A DNA stretch of 64,000 bases from Candidatus Cloacimonadales bacterium (GTDB lineage: Bacteria > Cloacimonadota > Cloacimonadia > Cloacimonadales > JAFGVF01). The position numbers and the translations under genes are program-made. The stretch lies in NCBI GenBank assembly GCA_963663475.2, contig CAXXJV010000001.1, positions 192,001-256,000 of the forward strand. Direction: 5' to 3'. Positions 27,722 through 38,600 of the stretch are shown here, in pieces. The notes under the pieces were generated by a model. The model saw nothing but the letters and a program-made list of their open reading frames with translations, was not told the DNA's origin and searched no databases. Positions within the stretch are counted from its first letter, which is position 1. Each line of letters begins with the position of its first letter.

Positions 27722-30700
27722 TTATTTCATTAGAATTGCTTTATTAGTAAAGGTCTTATTTCCTGATTTCATAAGAGTGAAATAAATTCCTGATGCAACA
27801 TCTTTATTATCACTATCCTTACCATTCCAAACAACATTTTGTTTGATATTTGGAGTTTCGACTTTACCATTAAATACTCTCTTTACCAGCTGACCCTTAA
27901 TGTTATAAACATCAATTGTTACAACTTGTGGTTGAGCAACTGAGAAAGATATAGTAGTAGAAGGGTTAAATGGATTTGGGTAGTTCCCTATAAGCTGAGT
28001 ACCAAGAAGTACTTCTCCAATATCATAGTCATTTTCTTCAGATATTTTAATTGTTACTGGACCAAACATTTCAGAGCTTCCATCAAAATCAACAGTTTGA
28101 AGCCAATAGTAATAGCTTGAATTCATCTCTACTTCATCATCAGTAAATGAATAACTTGCACCTGTTGGTGAATTACTTGCTTCAATCATAGTTGCAGTAA
28201 CTCTTAAAGCTTGGTCTTGATTATCATTTTCTCCTCTAAAGAGATTATATCCTAAAACTTCAGATTCAGATGCTGTTACCCAGTTTATTTGAGCAAACTT
28301 ATTGCTTGTTTGCACAGCATTAAAGGAAGCCAAGGTTACAGGAAGAGTTTCATCAATACCAGGAACAAATTCAGAGAAAGTGTCTAGACCTGAGATTGTT
28401 ACCTTACTACCATTCCAGCTTAAAGAAGCACCTAAATTTATTACATCTACCCAGTCTTCAGAACCATCAGCTCTCTTAAAGAATCTTACTAAACCATAGT
28501 TAGTTATTCCTAATCCGGCTAGGTCAAAGGTAATAATATAAGAACCTGGATCTTCAACTGATGATTCTACTCTCCAAGTACGTGGTAAGAAAGAATCCAT
28601 TGTTTCAGGAAGACCATTATCATTTGTTGGTAATGATGGACGCATAAAGATCTGAAGTGAGAATCCAGCAGGATTTGGGTTAGTGAATTCTAACTCAACA
28701 TTTTCATCATTGAAAACGAATGGATCTGTTGGAGAACCACCGGCTGGGATAGTTACCTCAGGAGCATTTCCGAAGAATATGTTATCTATATCGAAATAAT
28801 AGTCATCATGATCATCATCTGCATCTGGACCTACCCATTCCATTTCAAATCTGAAGATAGCAGTTTGACCTGCATAAGCTCCGATGTCAATAGTGTAGTT
28901 TGTCATATCTTGGGTAGAAGTATGATTTAGACTATTAATTTGGTCAATAGCAGTGAAACTTACTCCGTTATCAGTAGATACTTTAGCGACGAAATAGTCA
29001 TGTTCAGCCATAAATGCAGTAGCAGATAGACTAGAAAAATTTACAAGTCTATAATCAAAATTTATCACAGAGTTTTCTGTTATATTATTCATAGATTGGA
29101 ATTGAGCAAAAGCACTTGTAGCAACAGTATAAACATTCTTATAAAGGACATTACTTTCATTTCCATGACTGTTAGTAACCAACATATTATGACTTGTAAT
29201 GTAAGAAGAAGGAACAGTTGTTGAACCCTCAAAATTCAAAGAAACAGGCATAGCAATTGTTGGGTCAGGAATAGTGGTAAATGACCAAATTTCTATACCT
29301 TCAGTAGCATCTCCTACTACATTATAAGGAACAACTTTCCAATAATATGTTGTTTCATAATCTAAACCAATATAAGGATAAGTAGTCCCTTCTTGATCGA
29401 CAGGAGTGATACCTGCAAAAGCATTATCTTCAGATAAATAGACTTTATATCCATCAGCATTATCAGCTGCCTGCCAGCTTAAGTTACCACTAAGAGCAAT
29501 TTCAGGAGCATTATCAGCAGGAGAAGTATAGCTAGTACCTAAAGGTGGATTACCAATAGTAGTAAATGACCATGTTTCTATGTTCTCAGGTAGTGTTGGA
29601 CCTGAACTGTTTTTACATACTACATACCAGTTGTATTCAGTATTTGTAGCTAAATCTGTTACTTCATGCTCTTCAACTGCTTCTACATTATCAAGAAGCT
29701 TAGTTAATGATTTGCTACCAGGAGTACCGAAGTATAAATCAATTGTTTCAGTATATTCTGGGTTTGTCCATTCAAGAGTTAAAGCAAGAGGCTGATCTAC
29801 AGCATCATCTGCAGGAGATGGGCTTGTTGCAGGACTTGGGATAGGCATATCGATAGCATTTATTGTTAGAGTATAATCGCCATTATTTGCCTCATAACCT
29901 GTTACAATAATGTAATAATCGCCAGCTGGGGATAAGGTTTCAAGCATTTCTGACCAAGTAGCTCTATCTCTTGATTTAGATTTAGCACCTCCTTGTCCTG
30001 CACTACTTTCATCATCATTATAATACCAAGCATCATTGGAGGAAGTAGCTTCATCTATTTGTTGATATGAGTTAAAAACATAGAGTTTTGTATCCCAAGC
30101 TGTTCCTTCTAAAGAAATGCTCAGCAACTTTTCACTAGGCAGAGTAAGTTGATAAACAACAGACTGGGATGAGCAGAAATCATAATATGTATCATAATTT
30201 GTAGTAGAACCTGTTTCGATAATCTCATCTGCTAAGGTAAGAACTATTGGGTCATTGTGATGATTTCCAGCAGGCATTACAAAACCTTCACCTGTAAGAG
30301 TTACTGAACTAACTTGTCTACTCTTACTTCCTAAGTCATCTGTTATATCTAAAGAAGCACTTCTGGCTCCCTCTGCTGTAGGAGTAAAATCAACCTGGAT
30401 TACTAACTCTTGTCCAGTTGTAAGAGCCCATGGACCTTCAGTGTCTGTTTGGTAAGCAAAATCTCCTGCATTTGTGCCAGAAATTGCTATATCAGTAATA
30501 TTTAAAGTGCCTGCGCCTGTGTTAGATATTGAGACTAAATCACTCCCTGTTTCACCGACATTGACGGTTCCAAAATCTAATTCAGTATCAGAAAGAGTGG
30601 CGATTGGGTCAGCTGGAGCTTCTTCAATGATAAACCCATCGACATAAGTATTTTTCATTCCATAATCACTAACAGCTTCAAGTTTAACAAATCTAACATC

Positions 30701-31753
30701 TACGTTAATCAAATTAGAGCTCTCAATCCAAGTTGTTGTTCCTGAACCATATACTTCAATATCTTCAACCAATAACCATTCACCTTCTAACTCTTTAGTA
30801 TATACTTTCAAATGAGCAGGGGAAGAGGAACCATCATTATTCCACCAGTAGAATTTTACTAGAGGAGCTGTCATTCCTGATAAATCTAATTCAGGTGTTT
30901 CCATTGATCCAGTTGTTCCATTTGAATAATCATAGTTATTAAACATGGCAGCATAAGTTCCTGCATAAATATTATCTACTCCTGGACCATGGTCTGTTCC
31001 ATCATCTTGCAACCAAGTACCAGTTCCAGACTCTGGATTTAATACCCAGCCTGTAGGTGGCCACATTTCAAAGCCTTGCTCGTAAGGAAATTCTGATATT
31101 GCTTCAAATGGAGTAGTGAAGCTATTGACATTACTTTCAACCTCAATTGTAGTTGGACCTACTGCAACCACTTTCCAGTAATATAATGTACCAGTTTCAA
31201 GACCACTATAGTTGTAGGGGGATGTTGCATTTTCCTCTGTAATTATAGCATCTGTAAATTCTGCATTATCTGCAAGATATAATGTTGCTGTGTTAGTATT
31301 CTCTCCAATTGTCCATTCTAAATTCCCATCAGTAGCAACTGCTGTTGCACCATCAGCTGGTGATTCTAAAACAGGAGCATCAGGTGTGCCAGGGATAACA
31401 GCAGGTACAGTGTAGTTTACATCACCTGGGGTAACTCCACCTTGTCCCGATTGAGCTACAACTTCTCCACTCTCATTTTTGATTTGATATTCATTTTCTG
31501 TTGACCAATAACCAGTTGAAGTATAATCAGCTTCGATAAAGTCCCCTTGTTCAACAGTAAACGAGTGTGATTGAGGACCTGCACCACTGGATAATGTTAT
31601 ATCTTCTAAAATAGGGCTTCCGTTAACACTAACTGTAACGTAACCATCCCACCCATCACCATAGCTATCCACTAATTCAATTGTGTAGTCTAATGAAAAA
31701 ATAGTCATTGTTGCTACTAAGAACAATAATAAAAATAAATGTTTCTTTTTCAA
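27722..31753 (-). CDS. Secreted multidomain surface protein (FN3-like, choice-of-anchor D-like Ig) with FlgD-Ig/T9SS-type C-terminal domain
   Basis: TTG start after AGGAG; signal peptide; YYWKVV repeats; LDFGTV..ISNTG.G.L.I; LPVTLASF, NYPNPFNPSTTISF, YNIKGQ, VASGIYF. Confidence 0.9.
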   Translation of the reverse strand: MKKKHLFLLLFLVATMTIFSLDYTIELVDSYGDGWDGYVTVSVNGSPILEDITLSSGAGPQSHSFTVEQGDFIEADYTSTGYWSTENEYQIKNESGEVVAQSGQGGVTPGDVNYTVPAVIPGTPDAPVLESPADGATAVATDGNLEWTIGENTNTATLYLADNAEFTDAIITEENATSPYNYSGLETGTLYYWKVVAVGPTTIEVESNVNSFTTPFEAISEFPYEQGFEMWPPTGWVLNPESGTGTWLQDDGTDHGPGVDNIYAGTYAAMFNNYDYSNGTTGSMETPELDLSGMTAPLVKFYWWNNDGSSSPAHLKVYTKELEGEWLLVEDIEVYGSGTTTWIESSNLINVDVRFVKLEAVSDYGMKNTYVDGFIIEEAPADPIATLSDTELDFGTVNVGETGSDLVSISNTGAGTLNITDIAISGTNAGDFAYQTDTEGPWALTTGQELVIQVDFTPTAEGARSASLDITDDLGSKSRQVSSVTLTGEGFVMPAGNHHNDPIVLTLADEIIETGSTTNYDTYYDFCSSQSVVYQLTLPSEKLLSISLEGTAWDTKLYVFNSYQQIDEATSSNDAWYYNDDESSAGQGGAKSKSRDRATWSEMLETLSPAGDYYIIVTGYEANNGDYTLTINAIDMPIPSPATSPSPADDAVDQPLALTLEWTNPEYTETIDLYFGTPGSKSLTKLLDNVEAVEEHEVTDLATNTEYNWYVVCKNSSGPTLPENIETWSFTTIGNPPLGTSYTSPADNAPEIALSGNLSWQAADNADGYKVYLSEDNAFAGITPVDQEGTTYPYIGLDYETTYYWKVVPYNVVGDATEGIEIWSFTTIPDPTIAMPVSLNFEGSTTVPSSYITSHNMLVTNSHGNESNVLYKNVYTVATSAFAQFQSMNNITENSVINFDYRLVNFSSLSATAFMAEHDYFVAKVSTDNGVSFTAIDQINSLNHTSTQDMTNYTIDIGAYAGQTAIFRFEMEWVGPDADDDHDDYYFDIDNIFFGNAPEVTIPAGGSPTDPFVFNDENVELEFTNPNPAGFSLQIFMRPSLPTNDNGLPETMDSFLPRTWRVESSVEDPGSYIITFDLAGLGITNYGLVRFFKRADGSEDWVDVINLGASLSWNGSKVTISGLDTFSEFVPGIDETLPVTLASFNAVQTSNKFAQINWVTASESEVLGYNLFRGENDNQDQALRVTATMIEASNSPTGASYSFTDDEVEMNSSYYYWLQTVDFDGSSEMFGPVTIKISEENDYDIGEVLLGTQLIGNYPNPFNPSTTISFSVAQPQVVTIDVYNIKGQLVKRVFNGKVETPNIKQNVVWNGKDSDNKDVASGIYFTLMKSGNKTFTNKAILMK

Positions 31754-31808
31754 AATTTCTTCTCCTTTATATTACTTAGTGTTAAAAAAGAATGTATCAG
31801 ATTGAGTA

Positions 31809-31842
31809 AAGATTACTTTTCTAGTGGTGAGTAGGTAATCTT
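31809..31842 (-). promoter_or_regulatory. GTGGTGA hairpin in the leader of 27722..31753
   Basis: aagattac-ttttctagtggtgagtag-gtaatctt; minus-strand promoter TTGACA(31914-31919)-16 nt-TATTAT upstream. Confidence 0.45.
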
Positions 31843-32017
31843 AAATAATCAAACTAATACTAGTAATTAAATTTATATTAATCATTAGACAATAATATGT
31901 TAAGATTTAAGACTGTCAAATACTTTTTTTAATTATTAATTACAATTAATCTTTTCTTCTTCGTATCTTCGTGCCTTTGTATGACATGCGGGTTGGAATT
32001 TGCAAGCCAAAGGCGAG

Positions 32018-32131
32018 CTAACTGGGAAGGAGGGCATCCCTGCCCGCACTAGGCACGAAGTGCGTGGTAAACTTAAGAATTCCAGCACTTTCGTGCTGGA
32101 CGCGGGCAAGGATGCCCGCATTCCCAGTTAG
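32018..32131. repeat. REPIN (inverted REP doublet)
   Basis: ctaactgggaa-ggagggcatccctgcccgc...gcgggcaaggatgcccgca-ttcccagttag with inner gcacgaagtgc/gcactttcgtgc arms. Confidence 0.85.
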
Positions 32132-32410
32132 TAGGCAGATTTCCAGTTAGAATCTTCTCTTTTTTCTTTTTTTTCTATTTTTTTCTATATAGTGGACCAA
32201 AAATCAAAAAATGTCCTCTTAAATATTATGAAGGCTTGCCTTGGAGAAAGAAATTTTTGAAGAGAGATGTTAAGAAAAAGTTAATTTGACAACTAGTATC
32301 TTTTACTACAAGCAGTCTTGCTTATTATATAATAAATAATTTATGTAAAATATTCATTCTTATATTTGGCTCAGACAAGAGTCTTTCATTTTAGCGAGAC
32401 AAGTGTTTCT

Positions 32411-32578
32411 TAAACCAGAAAGTGTAGTAAAGCTTTAATGAAGAGTGCAGATTATTCTAGTAAAATAGCTTACAGAATTTTGACGCATATATTTTATATA
32501 TTCGGAAAAATTATGGATCTTACTTTTGCAGAAGAATATTCTGCTATTCACAAAGGTCTACTGTACTATCTGGATTAA
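32411..32578 (+). repeat. MITE-like element
   Basis: Near reverse complement of 35041-35240; short terminal inverted repeats taaaccaga/tctggatta. Confidence 0.8.
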
Positions 32579-32646
32579 AATTCTTTATTGACAAAATGTC
32601 TCAAGTTATGTAATTTTGAACATGCTATTAATTATAGGAGAGAAAG

Positions 32647-33306
32647 ATGAAAAAATATTGTGTATTATTGTCAGGATGTGGTCATAGAGATGGTTCGGAA
32701 ATCTATGAAGCTACTTTTAGTCTCTTAGCTTTATCAAGTCAAGGAATAGAATATGATATTTTTGCACCTAACAGACAACAATATGATACAATTGATCACT
32801 TAAGTGGAGCTGAAATAGAGCCTAAGCGTAATATTTTACTAGAATCAGCTAGAATTGCCAGGGGAAATATTAGGCCTCTAGAGGACTGCCAGGCAGATGA
32901 ATATGCAGCCTTAATCCTTCCTGGAGGTTATGGTGCTTTGAAGAATTTCACTAACTTTCCTGCTGAAGATGGTAAATGGCAGGTTAAAGATGATATAAAA
33001 AAAGTAATCTTGAGTTTTCATAATTCTCAGAAGCCTATCGGTGCTATCTGCATCTTCCCTTCTATCTTAGCTATATTATTTAAAGATAAGCAAATCCAAG
33101 TTACTACTGGTTTAAATCCTGAATCTAAGAAATTAATTGATTTTACTAAAGCTAAAGTCCATTTAATTGATTCAGATGATCTTGTTATCGACGAGGAGAA
33201 TTTAATCTACTCAACCCCAGCCTTTATGAATGATGCCTCCTTAGATAAAGTATTCATTGGAATTCAAAAGCTAATCAGTGAAATTAAAAATAGGACACAT
33301 AAATGA
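32647..33306 (+). CDS. elbB: ElbB/ES1-like DJ-1/PfpI family glyoxalase
   Basis: LSGCG..DGSEI.E, RN.L.ESARIARG, LPGG.GA.KN, GAICI.P, STPAFM. Confidence 0.9.
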   Translation: MKKYCVLLSGCGHRDGSEIYEATFSLLALSSQGIEYDIFAPNRQQYDTIDHLSGAEIEPKRNILLESARIARGNIRPLEDCQADEYAALILPGGYGALKNFTNFPAEDGKWQVKDDIKKVILSFHNSQKPIGAICIFPSILAILFKDKQIQVTTGLNPESKKLIDFTKAKVHLIDSDDLVIDEENLIYSTPAFMNDASLDKVFIGIQKLISEIKNRTHK

Positions 33307-34979
33307 ATATAAATGAAATTCTTGCCAAAATAAATGAAGGTCAGCAAAACGTAAGCACTTTAAATTACTTAAAGACATATATTAATTATTTGATTCAAGA
33401 AGAAAAAACATCTGATATTGAAAAATACTTAAATCGTGCTATTAAATTAGCTGGAGATTTGCAGTTGCCAAGAGAAGAGGGAACCCTGCTGATTGAATTA
33501 GGAGTCCATTATTGGAATCAGATTGATTATAAGAGTGCACTCAATATGTTCAGGCTTTCCTGTGGTATCTTCAAACAGAGTAAAAATGAATATGATTTAG
33601 TAGTTGCAACTCATAATGTTGGCGAGACATATACCAAGATTGGTGACTTCAATAATGCTATTTCATTCTTAAAACTTTCACTTGATTTTATCTCAAAAAT
33701 AAAAGATCATGACAAAGTAGAAGTTGATAGCTTATGTTCTGATATTAACAATTCTCTAGGTACAGCTTATCGTAAATGCAAATCTTATGCCTTAAGTATG
33801 AGTACTTATTTTAAAGCTTTAGATTTACAAGAAAGACATGACCTTAAAGCAAAAATATGCACAACAAACCTAAACATTGGCAAAATGTTTATTGATATAG
33901 GCAACTACGAACGAGCCCTCCGTTACTTCAATAAAGCTTTAGAAATATCTGTAGTCCTAAATGATATTTCACTTAAATCTCAAACTCATGCTCTGATTGC
34001 CAAAGTATATTTCAAAAACGCAAAATATTCACAGGCTATACCCTTCTATGAAGAAGCACTTTCTTACATTGATGAGGCAAATTCTAAACTCCTCTACCAT
34101 AAGATTAGAACAAAATACCAGATGGCCTTAAACTATAGTAAATTAAAAAAATATGACAAGGTAATTGAAGTTTGCCAAGATAGCTTAACTTGTATGCAAA
34201 ACAATGACTACCCTGCCTTAGCTTCTAAGATTAAATTCCTTATCGGAAAAACTTTAGAAATACAAGAAAAATATGACCAAGCAATGCCTATGTTAGAATC
34301 AGCCCTCACTCATATAGCTAGTGAAGATGCTAGCAATAGCCTAAAATTTAAAATTCTCCATACTATCTCACAAATTTATGAAAAACAAGAAAACTACTTA
34401 CAAGCCTACTCTCATCTGGTAAGAGCCAATGAATATGTTGATTTGCTTATTCAAGAAAAACAAGATAAAGCTCTTTCAGAGATTGAAGCTAAGTATGAAA
34501 GTCAACAGAAAGTTAGAGAAGAAATTATGCTCAAAAAAGCAAATAAAGAAGTTGAAGAACTTAAAGAAAAAGTTAATAATCTGTCAGGACTAATCCATGA
34601 CTATCAAGAAATTGAACATTTCTTTGGACTAATACCTAAAGAACAAATAATGACTGCAATCAAAAAGAGTAAAGACTTGCATTTACAAGAAGGTAGTGAT
34701 GTTGCTGTAGTTAAAATTACTCTAACTAGTCAAGATGAGTTCTCGCAAGACTTGCTTACCCAAACCCTCAAGGATATATCAAAAGTTGTTATGTTCTATA
34801 CAAGAGCTAATGATGAGGTTGGCTTCTGGGGAGATGACTCTCTTATTCTCATTCTCTCAAATGTGAAAAGCCAGTTTGTTGATAAAGTTATTGAGAAAAT
34901 TAAACTACCTATTTATAGTGATATTCTTTATAAGGTCCCTGAGGCCCGTTTCCAAGTTGACTTTAGTCTGATGGACTAA
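33303..34979 (+). CDS. Tetratricopeptide repeat protein with degenerate GGDEF-like C-terminal domain
   Basis: TPR repeats (NNSLGTAY, NLNIGKMF...GNYERAL.YF.KAL); IEAKYE coiled coil; TRANDEVGFWGDDSLILIL resembles R..D..GRWGGEEF; ATGA overlap with elbB. Confidence 0.8.
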   Translation: MNINEILAKINEGQQNVSTLNYLKTYINYLIQEEKTSDIEKYLNRAIKLAGDLQLPREEGTLLIELGVHYWNQIDYKSALNMFRLSCGIFKQSKNEYDLVVATHNVGETYTKIGDFNNAISFLKLSLDFISKIKDHDKVEVDSLCSDINNSLGTAYRKCKSYALSMSTYFKALDLQERHDLKAKICTTNLNIGKMFIDIGNYERALRYFNKALEISVVLNDISLKSQTHALIAKVYFKNAKYSQAIPFYEEALSYIDEANSKLLYHKIRTKYQMALNYSKLKKYDKVIEVCQDSLTCMQNNDYPALASKIKFLIGKTLEIQEKYDQAMPMLESALTHIASEDASNSLKFKILHTISQIYEKQENYLQAYSHLVRANEYVDLLIQEKQDKALSEIEAKYESQQKVREEIMLKKANKEVEELKEKVNNLSGLIHDYQEIEHFFGLIPKEQIMTAIKKSKDLHLQEGSDVAVVKITLTSQDEFSQDLLTQTLKDISKVVMFYTRANDEVGFWGDDSLILILSNVKSQFVDKVIEKIKLPIYSDILYKVPEARFQVDFSLMD

Positions 34980-35040
34980 GATTTCCAGCTTGGATGAAGA
35001 TACTTGCCACTTATTTCACCAATTACACAAAGAGGTGGAT

Positions 35041-35240
35041 TAAAACCAAATAAGGCAGTAGATCTTTGTGAATAGTAGAATATTCTTCTGCAAAAGTAAG
35101 ATCCATAATTTCTCCGAATATATAAATTATATGCGTCAAAATTCTGTAAGCTATTTTGCTAGAATAATCTGCACTCTTCACCTGTGATACGTAGTTTTAG
35201 TCAAGTATTACTAAAGCTCTACTCCACTATTTGGATTAAA
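35041..35240 (-). repeat. MITE-like element, inverted relative to 32411-32578
   Basis: tattcttctgcaaaagtaagatccataatt...tgcgtcaaaattctgtaagctatttt...agaataatctgcactcttca. Confidence 0.8.
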
Positions 35241-35672
35241 AATTGCTAGAGTTCCCATAAAATCCCTGCAAGAGATAAATACTTTAGACAAGGATAATAA
35301 TTTTGCAGATGGATTTTACTAGAAAAACTTTGGAAAATTCTTCTCTCCTACTTGAGATGTTATTTGTTAATATTTACTTAATGATTATTCCTTGACAAGT
35401 ATCTTAACAATTCTAAATTTAGTATGTAAAAGAAGTTAAATATGCCTTATGGCGTATTATAAGTAGAAAACAATACCACACCATTCTACACAGATCTTTT
35501 AGAAGGATAGATAAGTCTATTTGAGAGCTATAGTTAAAAAATATTTTAGTATAGTAAAAGGGGACTGTTTTGCCTCAGATATGATTAAACTATCACATGA
35601 TTTAGTTAGATAATTTATTAGTTATGAATGAAAATTATTTAACAACAAATAATACAAAAATTTGGAGGATAT

Positions 35673-38600
35673 GTGAAAAGATATCTGAATGTTTTTATCG
35701 TACTAATGATGATGTTAGGCATCACTTCGCTGATGGCTGATACATGGACTGAGACCTTTGATGATCAAACATCAAATACTTATAGTATCACTACATGGAC
35801 AATAAATGGCAGGACATGGACTTCAAACCAAGGTGGAAATTTCGCTTTTGGAAATTCTACCATGGGTTCACCTGCATTTACCATAAATGATAATATAGCA
35901 AATGCAAGTATTACTACCCCAGCTCTAAATACTATTGGAACTGTAAGTTTCAAACATGCAAGTAATGGTCCTGGGGTTGGAGATGTATTTGTTTTACAAA
36001 AGTCTTATGATGGAACTGTTTTTGTTGATGTAGATACTGAAGATTTAGGACCTGATGAAGTATATTTGAATTATACTTTTGATATTAATGATAATGCTTC
36101 ACTAATATACTTAAGAATTGTTAACGACAATCAAAACTCTCATCTCTTCATAGATGATTTTTCTGTTACAGATTATTCTGGTGGCACAGAACCAACTCCT
36201 CTTTCAGTTGATTTCTCAGCTGATGTTACTGCAGGAGAAAGCCCTTTAACAGTTAACTTCACCCCATCAGTATCCGGTGGTACAGAACCTTACGGTTATG
36301 CTTGGGATTTTGATAATGATGATAATGTAGATTCAACTGATGAAAACCCATCCTACACTTACAGCACAGCTGGCACTTACTCGGTTAAACTAACAGTTAC
36401 AGATGGCGCTTTAGCAACTGATATTGAAGAAAAAGTAGATTATATAACAAGTGTTGAGCCAACTAGTGATGATGAATTAATGACTAATGGTAATTTAGAA
36501 TTATGGGATAATTCTACTACACCTTCTGGTTGGGACAAGAGAGAAAGTATAGACCAAGAAGGAACTATTGTTCATTCAGGTTCTTACTCTGCTAAACAAA
36601 CTGCAGGTACTAAAGACTTAGGTCAGTATGTTGAAGGTATTGTAGGTGGAGAAACTTACACTATCTCCTATTGGTTCCTAGATAATGATCCTAATGCAAA
36701 AGGAAGAATTTATTCTTACTGGCGTGAAGGTACAAACACATTATCTGATAATGCATTAGAACTAAGACCAAGTGGATATTCTACAGATAGTTCTGAGTGG
36801 CAACAAATTTCTCATACTCTCACTGCCCCTGCTACTGCTGATAACTTCTATTTTGAAGTTAGAACTTATAATGATAATTCAGGTGGTGGAGTCATCTATT
36901 ATGATGATTTCTCTGTCATGGGTGCAGGTGGAACAAGCCCTGAAATCCTAACTGTTGATTTCGAGGCTGATGTTCTTACTGGTCAAGTTCCTCTTACAGT
37001 AAACTTTACTAACTTAGTTACTGGTGGAACAAGTCCTTATTTATATAGCTGGGATTTTGATGGTGATAATAATGAAGATTCTGATGTTGCAAATCCATCT
37101 TTCACTTATTATGCAGTTGGAACTTATCCTGTGAAACTTTATGTTATAGATTCAGGAACAAGTGATGGAACAGAATATAAGACAGCTTATATTACTGTAA
37201 CTACCTCAGGTGGAGACTCTTACTATAGTGGAATTACAGCTACAGAAGGTGCTACATTAAAGAGCCAACTTAAAACTTTAATTTCAACTAATACAAATAC
37301 AAGCTATGATGGTGCTCGTGCAGCTATGTATAGCAATATTGATAATATAAACAATACAGTAACATGCGTTTATACTGGTTTAGAAGTTGCGCATAATTAT
37401 GGTGATACTACTGCTCCAACTGATATAAACTGTGAACACTCTTATGCCCAAAGCTGGATAGAAGATTATGATAGCCAGAATGAAGAATTAAGAGCAAAAG
37501 CTGATGTACACCATCTTTTCCCAACGGATTCAGGAGTAAATTCTTCTCGTGGTAATTTATCATTTGATGATGTAAACTCAGTTGAATATTCTTATAGTGA
37601 AGCTACCGGTTATGTATCTTATCGTGGTACTAATGGTGAAGCTGTAACAGTATTCGAGCCAACAGACCAACATAAGGGTGATTTAGCTCGTGCCTTGCTC
37701 TATATGAATGTTCGTTATGATTTACCTCTTGCTCCTCCAGTACCTAACCCAGGTCCTATCAATGTTAATATGTTAGCGACCTTGTTAGAATGGCATGGAC
37801 AAGACCCTGTTGATGCTGCAGAAATTACCCGTAATGACGAAATTCATGACTATCAAGGTAATAGAAATCCATTTGTAGATTATCCTGAATGGGTTAATGC
37901 TATCTATGGTGGCGAGCCTGTTTATACCTGTGCTACCCCAACCATGAATCCTGCAGGTGGTACTTTTGACTCAGTTCAAAATGTTACTCTTGAAACAACA
38001 ACTGCTGACGCAGATATCTATTATACAACTAATGGGGATACTCCAACTTCAGCTTCTAGTCTTTATTCTGGAGCAATCGAAGTTGCCACTGATATGACTA
38101 TCAAAGCTATTGCTGTTAAAGCTGGCTGGAATGATTCGCAAATGGCATCAGAATCATATATACTCAATATCATTCCTAGTGTTTCAATCTATGATATCCA
38201 GTATGTTGCAGATCCTGCCACTTCTGACGCTTCTGATTATGAAGGACAGACTGTTAATGTTACAGGTATCGTAACTGCTGTAAATAGCTCAGGTTTCAAT
38301 ATCTCTGCTCCAGCAGGTGGTGCTTGGAATGGAATTCTTGTTTATAATAATACAGCTAATCCAACCATAGGTGATGAAGTTACCTTTAATGGACAAGTTG
38401 TTGAATATAATAATTTAACAGAATTAAGTAATATCAATGGTTTCCAAGTTCTTTCTCAAGGCAACTCAGTTACTCCTACAGTAATTACTACTGCTCAGGC
38501 ATCTACTGAAGCCTATGAAGGTGTCTTAGTTACTGTTGAAAATGTTTCTGTTACTCAAGCTCCATCAAACTACAATGAGTGGTATGTTACTGATGGTTCA

